In this document: one piece after another, positions 35,093 to 43,340 of the stretch
Layout: each line of letters starts with the position of its first letter
How positions within the stretch are numbered: position 1 is the first letter of the stretch
Source of the DNA: Patescibacteria group bacterium
GTDB lineage: Bacteria; Patescibacteriota; Patescibacteriia; Patescibacteriales; JBAZCA01
NCBI GenBank assembly: GCA_041661505.1
Contig: JBAZUF010000001.1
Span: 369,576-433,575 of the forward strand
Direction: 5' to 3'
Length of the DNA stretch: 64,000 bases
Made by a program: the position numbers and the translations under genes
The notes under the pieces: generated by a model
Database searches by the model: none
What the model was told of the DNA's origin: nothing
Seen by the model: the letters and a program-made list of their open reading frames with translations, nothing else

Positions 35093-35827
35093 ATGAATAA
35101 CTACCTAAATGACAACGAAAAAAGAGTCTTATCCGGCTTGTATAAGCTGGAAGACTGTTCAATCCAAAAAATCGCCAAAGAAACCTTAATTAACCGGACC
35201 ACCCTCTACCCCATCCTGGAAAAGCTCGCTGACAAGGGTTTGGTTTCAAAAATCAAAGTCGAGGGAAAAATTCGGTTCCAGCCGATTTCAAAAGAAGAAT
35301 TCGCGCTTTGGGCTGAAAGGAAAGAAAAAGAGCTGAAAAAAAACAACCGCGAGCTTTTGCATTGGGTAGGCGAACAAGCAAAAAATAAAAAAGCGTCCCT
35401 TTTTTCAGAGATGAAATGTTTTGAAGGAATCGAAGGAATCAGAAGCCTTTACGCCGATACCTGGCGCGACAACCCGAAAAAATTAATTTACGGAATTACC
35501 GATTACCATAGCGCCTACGAAAACTTGGGTGAATTTTTCCGCCAAGAGTATTTGCCGGCAAGAATCGGGCACGGCGTTTGGATAAAAAACTTAATTCCCG
35601 AAAGCGCGGAAGGAAGAAAGGAATTAAAAGACGCGAAAAAGATGCTTAGAGAGATGAAATTCATCAAATTGTTTAAAGACTTAAATATTGACGTAAATAT
35701 CTACGGCTCAAAAGTTTCCATTGTCGCCTATGACAAAAAAAATCCGTCCGGCGTTATCATCAAAAACGAAAAAATCGCCGAAGCGATGAAGGAGATTTTC
35801 AGTTATCTTTGGAAAAACGCTAAATAA
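35093..35827 (+). CDS. TrmB-family transcriptional regulator, paralog 3
   Basis: RVLSGLYKLEDCSIQKIAKETLINRTTLYPILEKLADKGLV. The C-terminal domain is homologous to paralogs 1 and 2. Confidence 0.75.
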   Translation: MNNYLNDNEKRVLSGLYKLEDCSIQKIAKETLINRTTLYPILEKLADKGLVSKIKVEGKIRFQPISKEEFALWAERKEKELKKNNRELLHWVGEQAKNKKASLFSEMKCFEGIEGIRSLYADTWRDNPKKLIYGITDYHSAYENLGEFFRQEYLPARIGHGVWIKNLIPESAEGRKELKDAKKMLREMKFIKLFKDLNIDVNIYGSKVSIVAYDKKNPSGVIIKNEKIAEAMKEIFSYLWKNAK

Positions 35828-35850
35828 TTATTTTTTCGCATTCCATTACT

Positions 35851-35884
35851 AAAAACCCCCGGATCCAACCCGGGGCGTTTTTTA
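35851..35884. terminator. Bidirectional terminator between the TrmB paralog 3 gene and sodA
   Basis: aaaaa-ccccgg-atccaac-ccgggg-cgttttttatt. Confidence 0.7.
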
Positions 35885-35913
35885 TTTCCCAAAGAACACT
35901 TTTTGCTATTTTT

Positions 35914-36516
35914 TTATCCTAATCGTTCGCTTACTTTTTCCCAGTTAATTATATCCCAGATTGAGGCGAAAAACTTTGCCCGATCGTTTTTGTAATCTAT
36001 GTAATAAGCGTGCTCGAAAGCGTCAACCACCATCAATATATTAAAATTCGGGTAAAGGTTAACGCTGTGTTTTTCTATTTGCATAAGCAGAAGGCGATCG
36101 GTCAGCCGGCAATAAGCCAAAGCCGCCCAGCCCGACCCTTCGACTGAAATTCCGGTTTTATTGAATTCATCTTTAAAGCGGTTAAAATCGCCAAAATCCT
36201 CTTTTATTTTATCCGCCAGTTTTCCCGAAGGCTCGCCGCCGCCTCCTTGTCCGGCAGGAGCCAAATTTTCCCAAAATAAAGAGTGTAAAACATGCCCGCC
36301 AATATTAAAAGACAAGGCCTTCAGTTCCGCTTTTATGTCAATTTCTATTTCACCCTTATGGACTTTGTCCAACTTTTCTAAAATCGCGTTCGCGCCAATA
36401 ACGTAAGCGGCGTGGTGTTTATCGTGATGGATTTTTAACTGCTCTTCGCTCATTACCGGTGCCAGCGCGCCATACTCGTAAGACAAGGACGGGAGAGAAT
36501 ATAATTTTTGAGGCAT
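35914..36516 (-). CDS. sodA: Fe/Mn superoxide dismutase
   Basis: [32 protein letters not shown] ... [11 protein letters not shown]. Confidence 0.9.
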   Translation of the reverse strand: MPQKLYSLPSLSYEYGALAPVMSEEQLKIHHDKHHAAYVIGANAILEKLDKVHKGEIEIDIKAELKALSFNIGGHVLHSLFWENLAPAGQGGGGEPSGKLADKIKEDFGDFNRFKDEFNKTGISVEGSGWAALAYCRLTDRLLLMQIEKHSVNLYPNFNILMVVDAFEHAYYIDYKNDRAKFFASIWDIINWEKVSERLG

Positions 36517-36682
36517 ACTTTTTTGTTAAAAATAAGATACCTTATTATTATAGCAGTATAATTAAATTTTAATGAAGAGCCGCGGCTCGTTAAATTAAGG
36601 CGGCCAGACGCTCTTTTCTTTTAAACGCGATATTTCTTCCGGTAAAAAGCTGCCCCGTCTGCAAAGCGATTTTCCGACAGGC

Positions 36683-37330
36683 TTAAAATATTACCTGCGT
36701 ATTAGGGAGTTTTTCCTCAATTGACTTTATAGAGTCCAGATTGTATTTATTTTCCGATAAATTCAGAATTTGAAGGTTGTCTTTTATATTTTCAATCTCA
36801 TTCGGCATAGTATCGATTTCATTGCCGCTAAAATTAATAAATCTTAAATTTTTCAGCTGGCCTATTTCGGCCGGGATGCCGGTAAGATTATTATTGTGCG
36901 CGTCTAAAATCCGCAATTTTGCCATTTTTCTGATTTCAGCCGGCAAAGCGCCTTCCAAATTATTATTATCAAGATAAAGCTCTTCCAAGCTTTGGAGCTC
37001 GCCGATTTCAGACGGAAGCGTTTTTAATTTATTGCCGGAAAGTACCAGCTTTTTAATATTTTTATCAGCCAACGCTTCTCTGGGAAATTCAGTTAGCCCC
37101 CGACCGCCGAAATTACCGGCCGGATCGCCGGCGGTTTGATCCGCGGCTCCGCCTGAAGCCGGTTTACCGGGCGCTGGGTTATCGGAAACGGCTGGCGTAT
37201 TGTCGTTTGGCAAAGAAGTATCTGCATTTCCAGCCGATCTAGTGTCGGTCTTTAGGCTGCTTCGCCGCACCAGGTACCCGCCCAAAACCATCACTGCTAG
37301 CGCTAAAAGTATTATTAAAATATTTTTCAT
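36683..37330 (-). CDS. Membrane-anchored leucine-rich-repeat protein
   Basis: An N-terminal TM helix and a disordered linker are followed by about 6 LRRs (LKTLPSEIGELQSLEELYLDNNNL, LTGIPAEIGQLKNLRFINFSGNEI). Confidence 0.7.
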   Translation of the reverse strand: MKNILIILLALAVMVLGGYLVRRSSLKTDTRSAGNADTSLPNDNTPAVSDNPAPGKPASGGAADQTAGDPAGNFGGRGLTEFPREALADKNIKKLVLSGNKLKTLPSEIGELQSLEELYLDNNNLEGALPAEIRKMAKLRILDAHNNNLTGIPAEIGQLKNLRFINFSGNEIDTMPNEIENIKDNLQILNLSENKYNLDSIKSIEEKLPNTQVIF

Positions 37331-37335
37331 ATTTT

Positions 37336-37839
37336 TTAGCGGTGAATTATTAAATACTCCTTCAAAGCTTTTTTGTTGGATTTGAACGCGATCTTGTCCA
37401 TCGGAAGGTCTTCCAGATCGAAAAATTTTCCTTCCAGAATCTCTTCTAAATCAAATTTTTTTGCGTCATCGAATTCTGCCTTGGCAAAAAAGAATAAATC
37501 CAGGGGCGCGTATTCGATATCGTGGTATAAATAATCGTTCGTGTAAGATCCAAGGTAATAGAGTTCGCCGATTTGGATTCCGATCTCTTCCTTTACTTCG
37601 CGCCGGGCCGCCTCTTCGGCGGTTTCATAAAAATTAATAAACCCGCCGGGTGAATCCCAGAAGCCTGCCCGCGGATCTTTGGCCCGCTTAATGAGATAGA
37701 TTTGATTCTTACTGTTTACTAAAATTACCCCGACCGCCGGACTCGGATTGCGATAATATTTGAAACCGCATTCGGAGCACCAATGCTGGTTTTTTTCTGT
37801 TTTTAGCTTGTTTTTGCATTTAGGGCAATAGATAAACAT
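37336..37839 (-). CDS. NUDIX hydrolase with an N-terminal zinc ribbon (NudC-like)
   Basis: CPKCKNKL...CSECG, and the Nudix box GGFINFYETAEEAARREVKEEIGI. I prefer ATG 37839 over the GTG at 37893 in the track. Confidence 0.75.
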   Translation of the reverse strand: MFIYCPKCKNKLKTEKNQHWCSECGFKYYRNPSPAVGVILVNSKNQIYLIKRAKDPRAGFWDSPGGFINFYETAEEAARREVKEEIGIQIGELYYLGSYTNDYLYHDIEYAPLDLFFFAKAEFDDAKKFDLEEILEGKFFDLEDLPMDKIAFKSNKKALKEYLIIHR

Positions 37840-37899
37840 AGCTCTTAAATTGCGTACGCTAATAAAGGCGGAGCAGGGCCGGAAATATTTCACTAAAAA

Positions 37900-39351
37900 C
37901 TAGACTTTTCCCAAATCCAAAACCTCGTCAAATTTTATTTCTTTAACAAAATCCGGCATGTGGCTTACCATAATGAGCGCCCCTTCGTATTCGTTAATCG
38001 CCTTGGCGATTACCGGAAGATGGCGGAAATTTATATGGTTGGTCGGCTCGTCTAAGATTAAGAGTCCGGGCCGCATAAGCGTAAGGCGCGCGAAAGACAA
38101 GAGCCCTTTTTGCCCTTCCGAAAGTTCGGAAACCTTGTGGCCCATCAGGCTGCCAGTAATTAAAAACCCGGCCGCGACCGAGCGCATGGTTTGAGTGTCA
38201 GTACCATCCGCCAAAACGCTTTGGAGCGATTCAAAAACCGTCTGGTTAAAATCGAGGTTAGAAAAATCCTGGCTATAATAGCCGACTCTTACCTGCTCCA
38301 AAATTTTCGCTTCTTTATTTTTGCCCGAAACAAGCGAGCGTAAAAACGTGCTTTTGCCCACTCCGTTCGGTCCGGTTACTAAGAGGTGCATTTTTTTGCG
38401 GAGAGTTTTATCGACTTTTTTTATCTGCGGCTCGTGGTTATAGATAATCTTCACGGCGCTAATCTTAACGATTTCGCCAACAATTTCTTGGGTCGGAATA
38501 TCGAACGGCCGGATAGTTCTATCTTCCTGCCGGACGTCAACCATATCTTCTTCCAGCTCGGCAGTTTCATCTTTTAATTTTTTGGCCAGCTTGCGCATCT
38601 TGCCGCCTTTATTGGCGAAAAAATTTACCTTTTCCTTGCGGTCGATAATCTGTTTTTTTAACTGGGCGTTTTTTCTCTGCTCGCGCTCGACCCTTTTACT
38701 GATTTCTTCCACTACCGAATAATAATCGCCGACGTAAGTTTCGATTTTTTTGGTAAAAACATCAAGATAAATAACGCCTTCAGTAAAGCAATTTAGGAAA
38801 TCGGCGTCATGAGAAATTACGATCACGGTTTTATCGTACATGATTAAGAAGGTAATTAGATGGTCAATTCCCTCTTGGTCCAGGTTATTGGTCGGTTCGT
38901 CAAGCAGTAGGATATCCGGATTTTGGATTAAAGCGAAAGCCAGTAAGAGCCTGGCTTGCTGGCCGCCGGAAAGGTCGCCGACGCGCCGGTCAGTTGGCAC
39001 ATCCAGGTTTACCGCCTCTAATACTTTAGAAATTCGGCTAGCTAAGTTGCCGGGCACGATCTCAAAAGCTTTGGCAAAATATTGTTCCACGGTTAAGTCC
39101 AAATCTTCCCGGGCCATTACCTGGCGGGCAGTCGCGATAGTCGCGTTATTCGCAACCGAAACCCGGCCGGACTTGGGTTTTAATTCACCCATGATTAAAG
39201 CGAACATCGAGCTCTTGCCTGCGCCATTTTGGCCCATTAAAGTAATCTTCGCGCTTTTTCGCACGCTAAAACTGGCCGCGTCCAAAATCGGCTTTTTTTC
39301 CTCGTATTCAAATGCGACTTCGTCGAACCGTAAAATTACTTCTTCAGCCAT
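37900..39351 (-). CDS. ABC-F family ATPase (two ABC cassettes, no TM domain)
   Basis: Walker A motifs GQNGAGKSS and GPNGVGKST; signature motifs LSGGQQ and LSEGQK; a charged inter-domain linker. Confidence 0.85.
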   Translation of the reverse strand: MAEEVILRFDEVAFEYEEKKPILDAASFSVRKSAKITLMGQNGAGKSSMFALIMGELKPKSGRVSVANNATIATARQVMAREDLDLTVEQYFAKAFEIVPGNLASRISKVLEAVNLDVPTDRRVGDLSGGQQARLLLAFALIQNPDILLLDEPTNNLDQEGIDHLITFLIMYDKTVIVISHDADFLNCFTEGVIYLDVFTKKIETYVGDYYSVVEEISKRVEREQRKNAQLKKQIIDRKEKVNFFANKGGKMRKLAKKLKDETAELEEDMVDVRQEDRTIRPFDIPTQEIVGEIVKISAVKIIYNHEPQIKKVDKTLRKKMHLLVTGPNGVGKSTFLRSLVSGKNKEAKILEQVRVGYYSQDFSNLDFNQTVFESLQSVLADGTDTQTMRSVAAGFLITGSLMGHKVSELSEGQKGLLSFARLTLMRPGLLILDEPTNHINFRHLPVIAKAINEYEGALIMVSHMPDFVKEIKFDEVLDLGKV

Positions 39352-39424
39352 ACTATTAACCTTAAAAATCGCCCCACCAATGAAGCGATTTTAAATTCAA
39401 AAATTCAAATTTTTAGCTAACATT

Positions 39425-39497
39425 GGGTGAGATACGGGGATCGAACCCGTAACGCTAGCGCCACAAGCTAGTGTGATACCACTTCACCAATCTCACC
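39425..39497 (-). tRNA. tRNA-His (anticodon GUG) with an extra 5' G that can pair with C73
   Basis: Reverse complement ggtgagattggtgaagtggtatcacactagcTTGTGGCgctagcgttacgggttcgatccccgtatctcaccc. Confidence 0.85.
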
Positions 39498-39500
39498 ATT

Positions 39501-39971
39501 TTACAATTTTTCTTTATGGTTATGTACTAAATGATGACAGTTTCTGCATAACCATACAAGATTTTGTATCGTATTATTTTTTCTATTACTGTCAATATGG
39601 TGGGCTTCTAAAACCCGTTTATCTTCTGTTCCGCATCTCTTGCATATCAACCGTACTTTACTTTTTATTAATAGACTCCTATAAATAAACGTGCCACCCT
39701 GCCATAGCGGATGATTTTCGCCGGAGTAATATACATTTCTCCATTTAGTTTGACAAGATTTGGAACAAAAAAACTTACCGCTTTTCGATCCGTTAAGATG
39801 CCTGGGCATTCTCCAAACTTCTTTTCCGCAAATTCCACAAATTACATATTTCCCCTTCCTGACTCCTAATGAACTGCATTTCCTGGAGCAGTATTTCCCC
39901 CATCCTAACTTTTGATGATTAGGCTTTGAGTAAAATTCTTTGTCGCAAATTTTACATTTAACTATTGGCAT
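39501..39971 (-). CDS. HNH endonuclease with N-terminal zinc-ribbon repeats
   Basis: Repeated CxxC...CxxC ribbons are followed by CKRCG...LEAHHIDSNRKNNTIQNLVWLCRNCHHLVH. The TAA stop lies 3 nt before the tRNA-His 5' end. Confidence 0.8.
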   Translation of the reverse strand: MPIVKCKICDKEFYSKPNHQKLGWGKYCSRKCSSLGVRKGKYVICGICGKEVWRMPRHLNGSKSGKFFCSKSCQTKWRNVYYSGENHPLWQGGTFIYRSLLIKSKVRLICKRCGTEDKRVLEAHHIDSNRKNNTIQNLVWLCRNCHHLVHNHKEKL

Positions 39972-40089
39972 AATTAAATTATACCAAGCAGTAATAATAA
40001 TGTAAAATGAACGAATTGTGGTCTGCTTCTATCAACTACCATCAAAATCAGAATATCAACCTCCTTATTACTTAAAACCAATCAGCGCC

Positions 40090-40164
40090 TGGTACGCCCA
40101 GTTGGAATCGGACCAACATATCCAGCTTAGAAGGCTGGTGTTCTATCCATTGAACTATGGGCGC
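40090..40164 (-). tRNA. tRNA-Arg (anticodon UCU), CCA encoded
   Basis: Reverse complement gcgcccatagttcaatggatagaacaccagcCTTCTAAgctggatatgttggtccgattccaactgggcgtacca. Confidence 0.9.
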
Positions 40165-40252
40165 CTAACAAAAGAAAAGGGCTTTAGCCCCGCTTGCCTA
40201 AAAGGCATCTTCTTACTTAATAATTTAATAAATTTTAGCCAATATGTCAACT

Positions 40253-42400
40253 TTATCGGCTGGCGCCCGAATAGCTTATAGCTCGGATTATACTCCAATC
40301 CTGGTAATTTATCGGCAACCTCCCGTAAACCTGGGCAAAGGTACTTAAAGCCGCCTGTTCCTTTAAAACATCCCTTTGGGGGCGGAGGCCGTAAGCCATG
40401 ATAGTTATGGCGGCGTTATCGTAAGAGTCCAGCATGTTTGGCTGGCGGTGATAGATTTTAACAAAATCCGCTTTTACCGCCTCTTCGCGTTCCGGATTTC
40501 TTTGGGACGGCCAGCGGCCATTAGCGATTTTTCGCGCGTCTTCCCATTCGCTTTCGCTCTCCGGGTTTTTTCCAAAGGCGTCAAAATACGATTTTAAAAT
40601 TTCTTCTTTTTCCGCCGCCGAAAAATTTTCCAAATAATCAACCTTCACTCCCAGCACCTCCCCTTTTTCTTCGCTCGCCTGGTCTTCATTCTTTTTCTCC
40701 TCATTAACGTTTTTATCAGCATTTTTTTCGCTATCATCCTTATCGTCTTTGACAAACTCTTCAATTTTTTCTTTATCCTTACCGCCTTCCTCTATTTTTT
40801 CTTCGTTCACGCTTTCTCCAGCCGGAATTTCATTTTTCACGCCCTCGACTTTGGAAAAATCATTCATTAAGGAATTCCAGTCTTTCCCTAAAGCCGCCGG
40901 AACCGCGTAGGCCGTCGCCCAGATCCTGGTATCTAACGGCGCGTCTTCTTTTTCCAACCCTCCGTCAGCCGCCTGCAAGGCTGCTAAAAAATCTTTCGGA
41001 TCGCTCCCGTTTTTTGCCCAGCCACCAGCATCCTCGCCCAAAGCATTTATCGCCATCAAAACCCAGCTGGTAGAAAAACTGTTGCCAAACCCGCCGTCTT
41101 CTTTTTGGCTCGCAGCCAGATAGCTTTTTGCTTTGGCTATCGCTTCGCCTATTTTCGCGTCCTGGGAAAGCGGACGCAAGGCCTGGATGGCGGCCGCCGT
41201 CAGATCGACTCCGCCAAAACTGCCGCTTGCGTCTTGTCCTGACAAAATATAGTTTACGTCTTTGGCGATTATTTCATCGCCCGCGCCAAACCCGGCATTT
41301 TCCAAAACCAAGAGGGAGAAAATATCGTCATTATTATAATCCGGATCGCCGAACTGGACGCCGTCAAATTGGCTGGTTATTTTTTTTATGTAATCGATTT
41401 TTAACCCGTTGTAAGGATTAATATTTAGAGCCATTAAAGCCATGGCCCGCCGGACATAATCGGTTAAGCCAAAACCGCTATCCGACGCGCCCTGGTAATA
41501 GCTTTTTATTTTTTCTAAATTTTCTCCCGGTCCGTAAGCGCTAAAGGCGATCGCCGCCCAGTCGGTAATCATGGGACTCGCGAACGACCCATCCTCCTTT
41601 TGATTCTTCGCTAAAAATTCTATGGCTTTTCCCAGATCAAAAGCTTTTTCCAAGGGCAAAAAGTATCCCCCGCCGCCGTTAATTCCGCTGTTTATCGGAA
41701 CAGCTTCAGGTACTGGTTCTTCGGCCGGTGCCTCATGCCCGCTAATTACTATGGCCGGGCTGTCTAAAAACCCCGGTTTTTTTCCGTAAACAGTTAAAGG
41801 AGTTGTTGTAGCGGCCGTAAATTTATAGCCTCCGTCGGCCGCTTCATTTTCCGCTCCGTCCACCAAAACCTTACTGCCCGCGGACGGACTCCAAACCGGA
41901 TTCCAGTCCGCGTCCAAGCCAAACTGATAAACTTTTATCTCCACCTCACTGCCGACCGTCGGCGTTGTAGTGGAAGTTTCAATTTTTAAAGGGTTTGTAT
42001 CATAAACAAGGAGCAAAGAATCATTTTCGCTTAATATCTGTTTGTTTAAAGCTAGCATGCCATAGTCCAGGTTTAAAAAATAGGACCAATAGATTCCGTT
42101 GCCGTCTTTATTGTTTTCATAAGTTCCGATTGAATTTAAAAAAGCGTCGCTGCCCCAATAGCTGAAATTATTCAAAAGCCCCGATTGCTCTATGGCGCAC
42201 TTGGCGTTTAAGGTTTCGGTCTCCGCGTCCGGACTTTCTTTGCAGGGGGAAACGCTTATATCTCCATTAAACAAGCTCTCGCCCGCGGTTTCCATTCTTA
42301 AATGAATAGTGGCGGCGCTAACGCCAAACGGCGCGGCTAGGATAAGCGCGGCCAGGATAATAATTCCTGAATTTTTAAAACTGATTTTCTGCGTTTTCAT
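40253..42400 (-). CDS. Secreted protein: DUF4430-like domain plus alpha/alpha-toroid (prenyltransferase/terpenoid-cyclase-like) repeats plus a shared C-terminal repeat module; transcobalamin-like domain set
   Basis: Signal peptide ...APFGVSA. The N-terminal IYWSYFLNLDYGMLALNKQILSENDSLLLVY is a DUF4430-type ending. Toroid repeats are KNQKEDGSFASPMITDWAAIAF, ASQKEDGGFGNSFSTSWVLMAI and ALQAADGGLEKE...RIWATAYAVPAL. The C-terminus is homologous to that of 51053-53788. Confidence 0.6.
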   Translation of the reverse strand: MKTQKISFKNSGIIILAALILAAPFGVSAATIHLRMETAGESLFNGDISVSPCKESPDAETETLNAKCAIEQSGLLNNFSYWGSDAFLNSIGTYENNKDGNGIYWSYFLNLDYGMLALNKQILSENDSLLLVYDTNPLKIETSTTTPTVGSEVEIKVYQFGLDADWNPVWSPSAGSKVLVDGAENEAADGGYKFTAATTTPLTVYGKKPGFLDSPAIVISGHEAPAEEPVPEAVPINSGINGGGGYFLPLEKAFDLGKAIEFLAKNQKEDGSFASPMITDWAAIAFSAYGPGENLEKIKSYYQGASDSGFGLTDYVRRAMALMALNINPYNGLKIDYIKKITSQFDGVQFGDPDYNNDDIFSLLVLENAGFGAGDEIIAKDVNYILSGQDASGSFGGVDLTAAAIQALRPLSQDAKIGEAIAKAKSYLAASQKEDGGFGNSFSTSWVLMAINALGEDAGGWAKNGSDPKDFLAALQAADGGLEKEDAPLDTRIWATAYAVPAALGKDWNSLMNDFSKVEGVKNEIPAGESVNEEKIEEGGKDKEKIEEFVKDDKDDSEKNADKNVNEEKKNEDQASEEKGEVLGVKVDYLENFSAAEKEEILKSYFDAFGKNPESESEWEDARKIANGRWPSQRNPEREEAVKADFVKIYHRQPNMLDSYDNAAITIMAYGLRPQRDVLKEQAALSTFAQVYGRLPINYQDWSIIRAISYSGASR

Positions 42401-43106
42401 ACTTCCAGCTGATTACATCGCCGGGCTTTAATTCATACCCTGAAATTCCAACGTTAGCCGGCTTGTTGTTAATATAGTAAATCCAAAACTCTCCGGTTTT
42501 GGGATTATTTTTTATTCCATTTATTTCTTCAACAAAAAACCCGATTCCTGAATAATTTTTCCCGCTAAACGACAGCGCTCCCTTATTTTTCAGGCTGTCC
42601 ATTAAATCATAAACCGTACTTCTGGGCAAAACCGAGGCGCCGAATTTTTCACTGCCAATATAAAGCGCGGCCGGATACATGTTTTCTGACTGGACAATCT
42701 CTACTTCCTTTTCGCGAGCGCCATCTCCGCCTGGCACAGTTTCATTTACAGCCGAAACAGATTGATTAACCGCCGCGGAACCCGTATCTGACCCAATTTT
42801 ATTGCCCGCCACTTCCTTTTTTGGCAGATTATTCGATTTGTCAGAATCGGCCGAGGTCTTCTTCTCTATATAACCATTCAACCCCGGATTATCGGTTAAT
42901 CCCAAACCATCTTCCGAAACACTGCCTTGAGGCTCTGCGCTTTCTTCGGCGGCCAGATTAGAATCGCCGCTTATTTTTTCCGAGACCGGCAGTTCTTTAT
43001 TGGCGTCCGAATCCAGCCAGCCTGCATTTCCAATAAACGTTAAGGATAAAAAGACGAAAAAAGCCGCCAACACAATCATTCTAAATTTTTTGGAAAAATT
43101 TATCAT
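42375..43106 (-). CDS. Membrane-anchored DUF4430-domain protein
   Basis: N-terminal TM helix. The C-terminal 100 aa, ...TVYDLMDSLKNKGALSFSGKNYSGIGFFVEEINGIKNNPKTGEFWIYYINNKPANVGISGYELKPGDVISWKY, form a typical DUF4430 pattern. Confidence 0.7.
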   Translation of the reverse strand: MINFSKKFRMIVLAAFFVFLSLTFIGNAGWLDSDANKELPVSEKISGDSNLAAEESAEPQGSVSEDGLGLTDNPGLNGYIEKKTSADSDKSNNLPKKEVAGNKIGSDTGSAAVNQSVSAVNETVPGGDGAREKEVEIVQSENMYPAALYIGSEKFGASVLPRSTVYDLMDSLKNKGALSFSGKNYSGIGFFVEEINGIKNNPKTGEFWIYYINNKPANVGISGYELKPGDVISWKYENAENQF

Positions 43107-43336
43107 ACAAAAACCCGCCTTTCGAGCGGGTAAATAAATTCAACTGTTGTAAAGCCAAAGCTTGAACTAAAAAATAAACAAAGGCCTGAATTTATTTTCC
43201 TCTTTGCTCGAAGAGAAAATATTTATTTTAGGCCTTGGTGTTCTGGCTTTCCTTGTTCTTCGCCTAAATAGCGCGGAACAAAAATTACAGTTGCGGCACA
43301 GCGCCCGATTTTCACGGGACTTTCCCAAAGCTATGC
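43107..43336 (-). promoter_or_regulatory. Cobalamin (B12) riboswitch-like leader with two terminator-type hairpins
   Basis: The minus-strand RNA reads UUGGGAAAGUCCCGUGAAAAUCGGGCGCUGUGCCGCAACUGUAA (43326-43285), then the hairpin UUGUUC...GAACAA, then GGAAAGCCAGAACACCAAGGCC (B12-box-like, 43249-43231). CCGCAACUGUAA fits the CCGCnACUGUnA core exactly, judged against my memory of the Rfam RF00174 consensus. Hairpin plus U-run combinations occur at 43169-43236 and 43107-43131, and the second ends 1 nt before the ATG. Confidence 0.65.
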
Positions 43337-43340
43337 ACTA

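Noticed and set aside
40018-40281. 87-aa plus-strand ORF.
   Set aside because: It runs across tRNA-Arg (40090-40164) and the 3' end of the large minus-strand gene, and has no start signals.
43136-43336. Independent sRNA (6S-like) in the 380-nt spacer upstream of hsp20.
   Set aside because: The promoter, the B12-type core motifs and the terminators that abut the downstream ATG fit a cis-acting riboswitch leader better than a free-standing sRNA.
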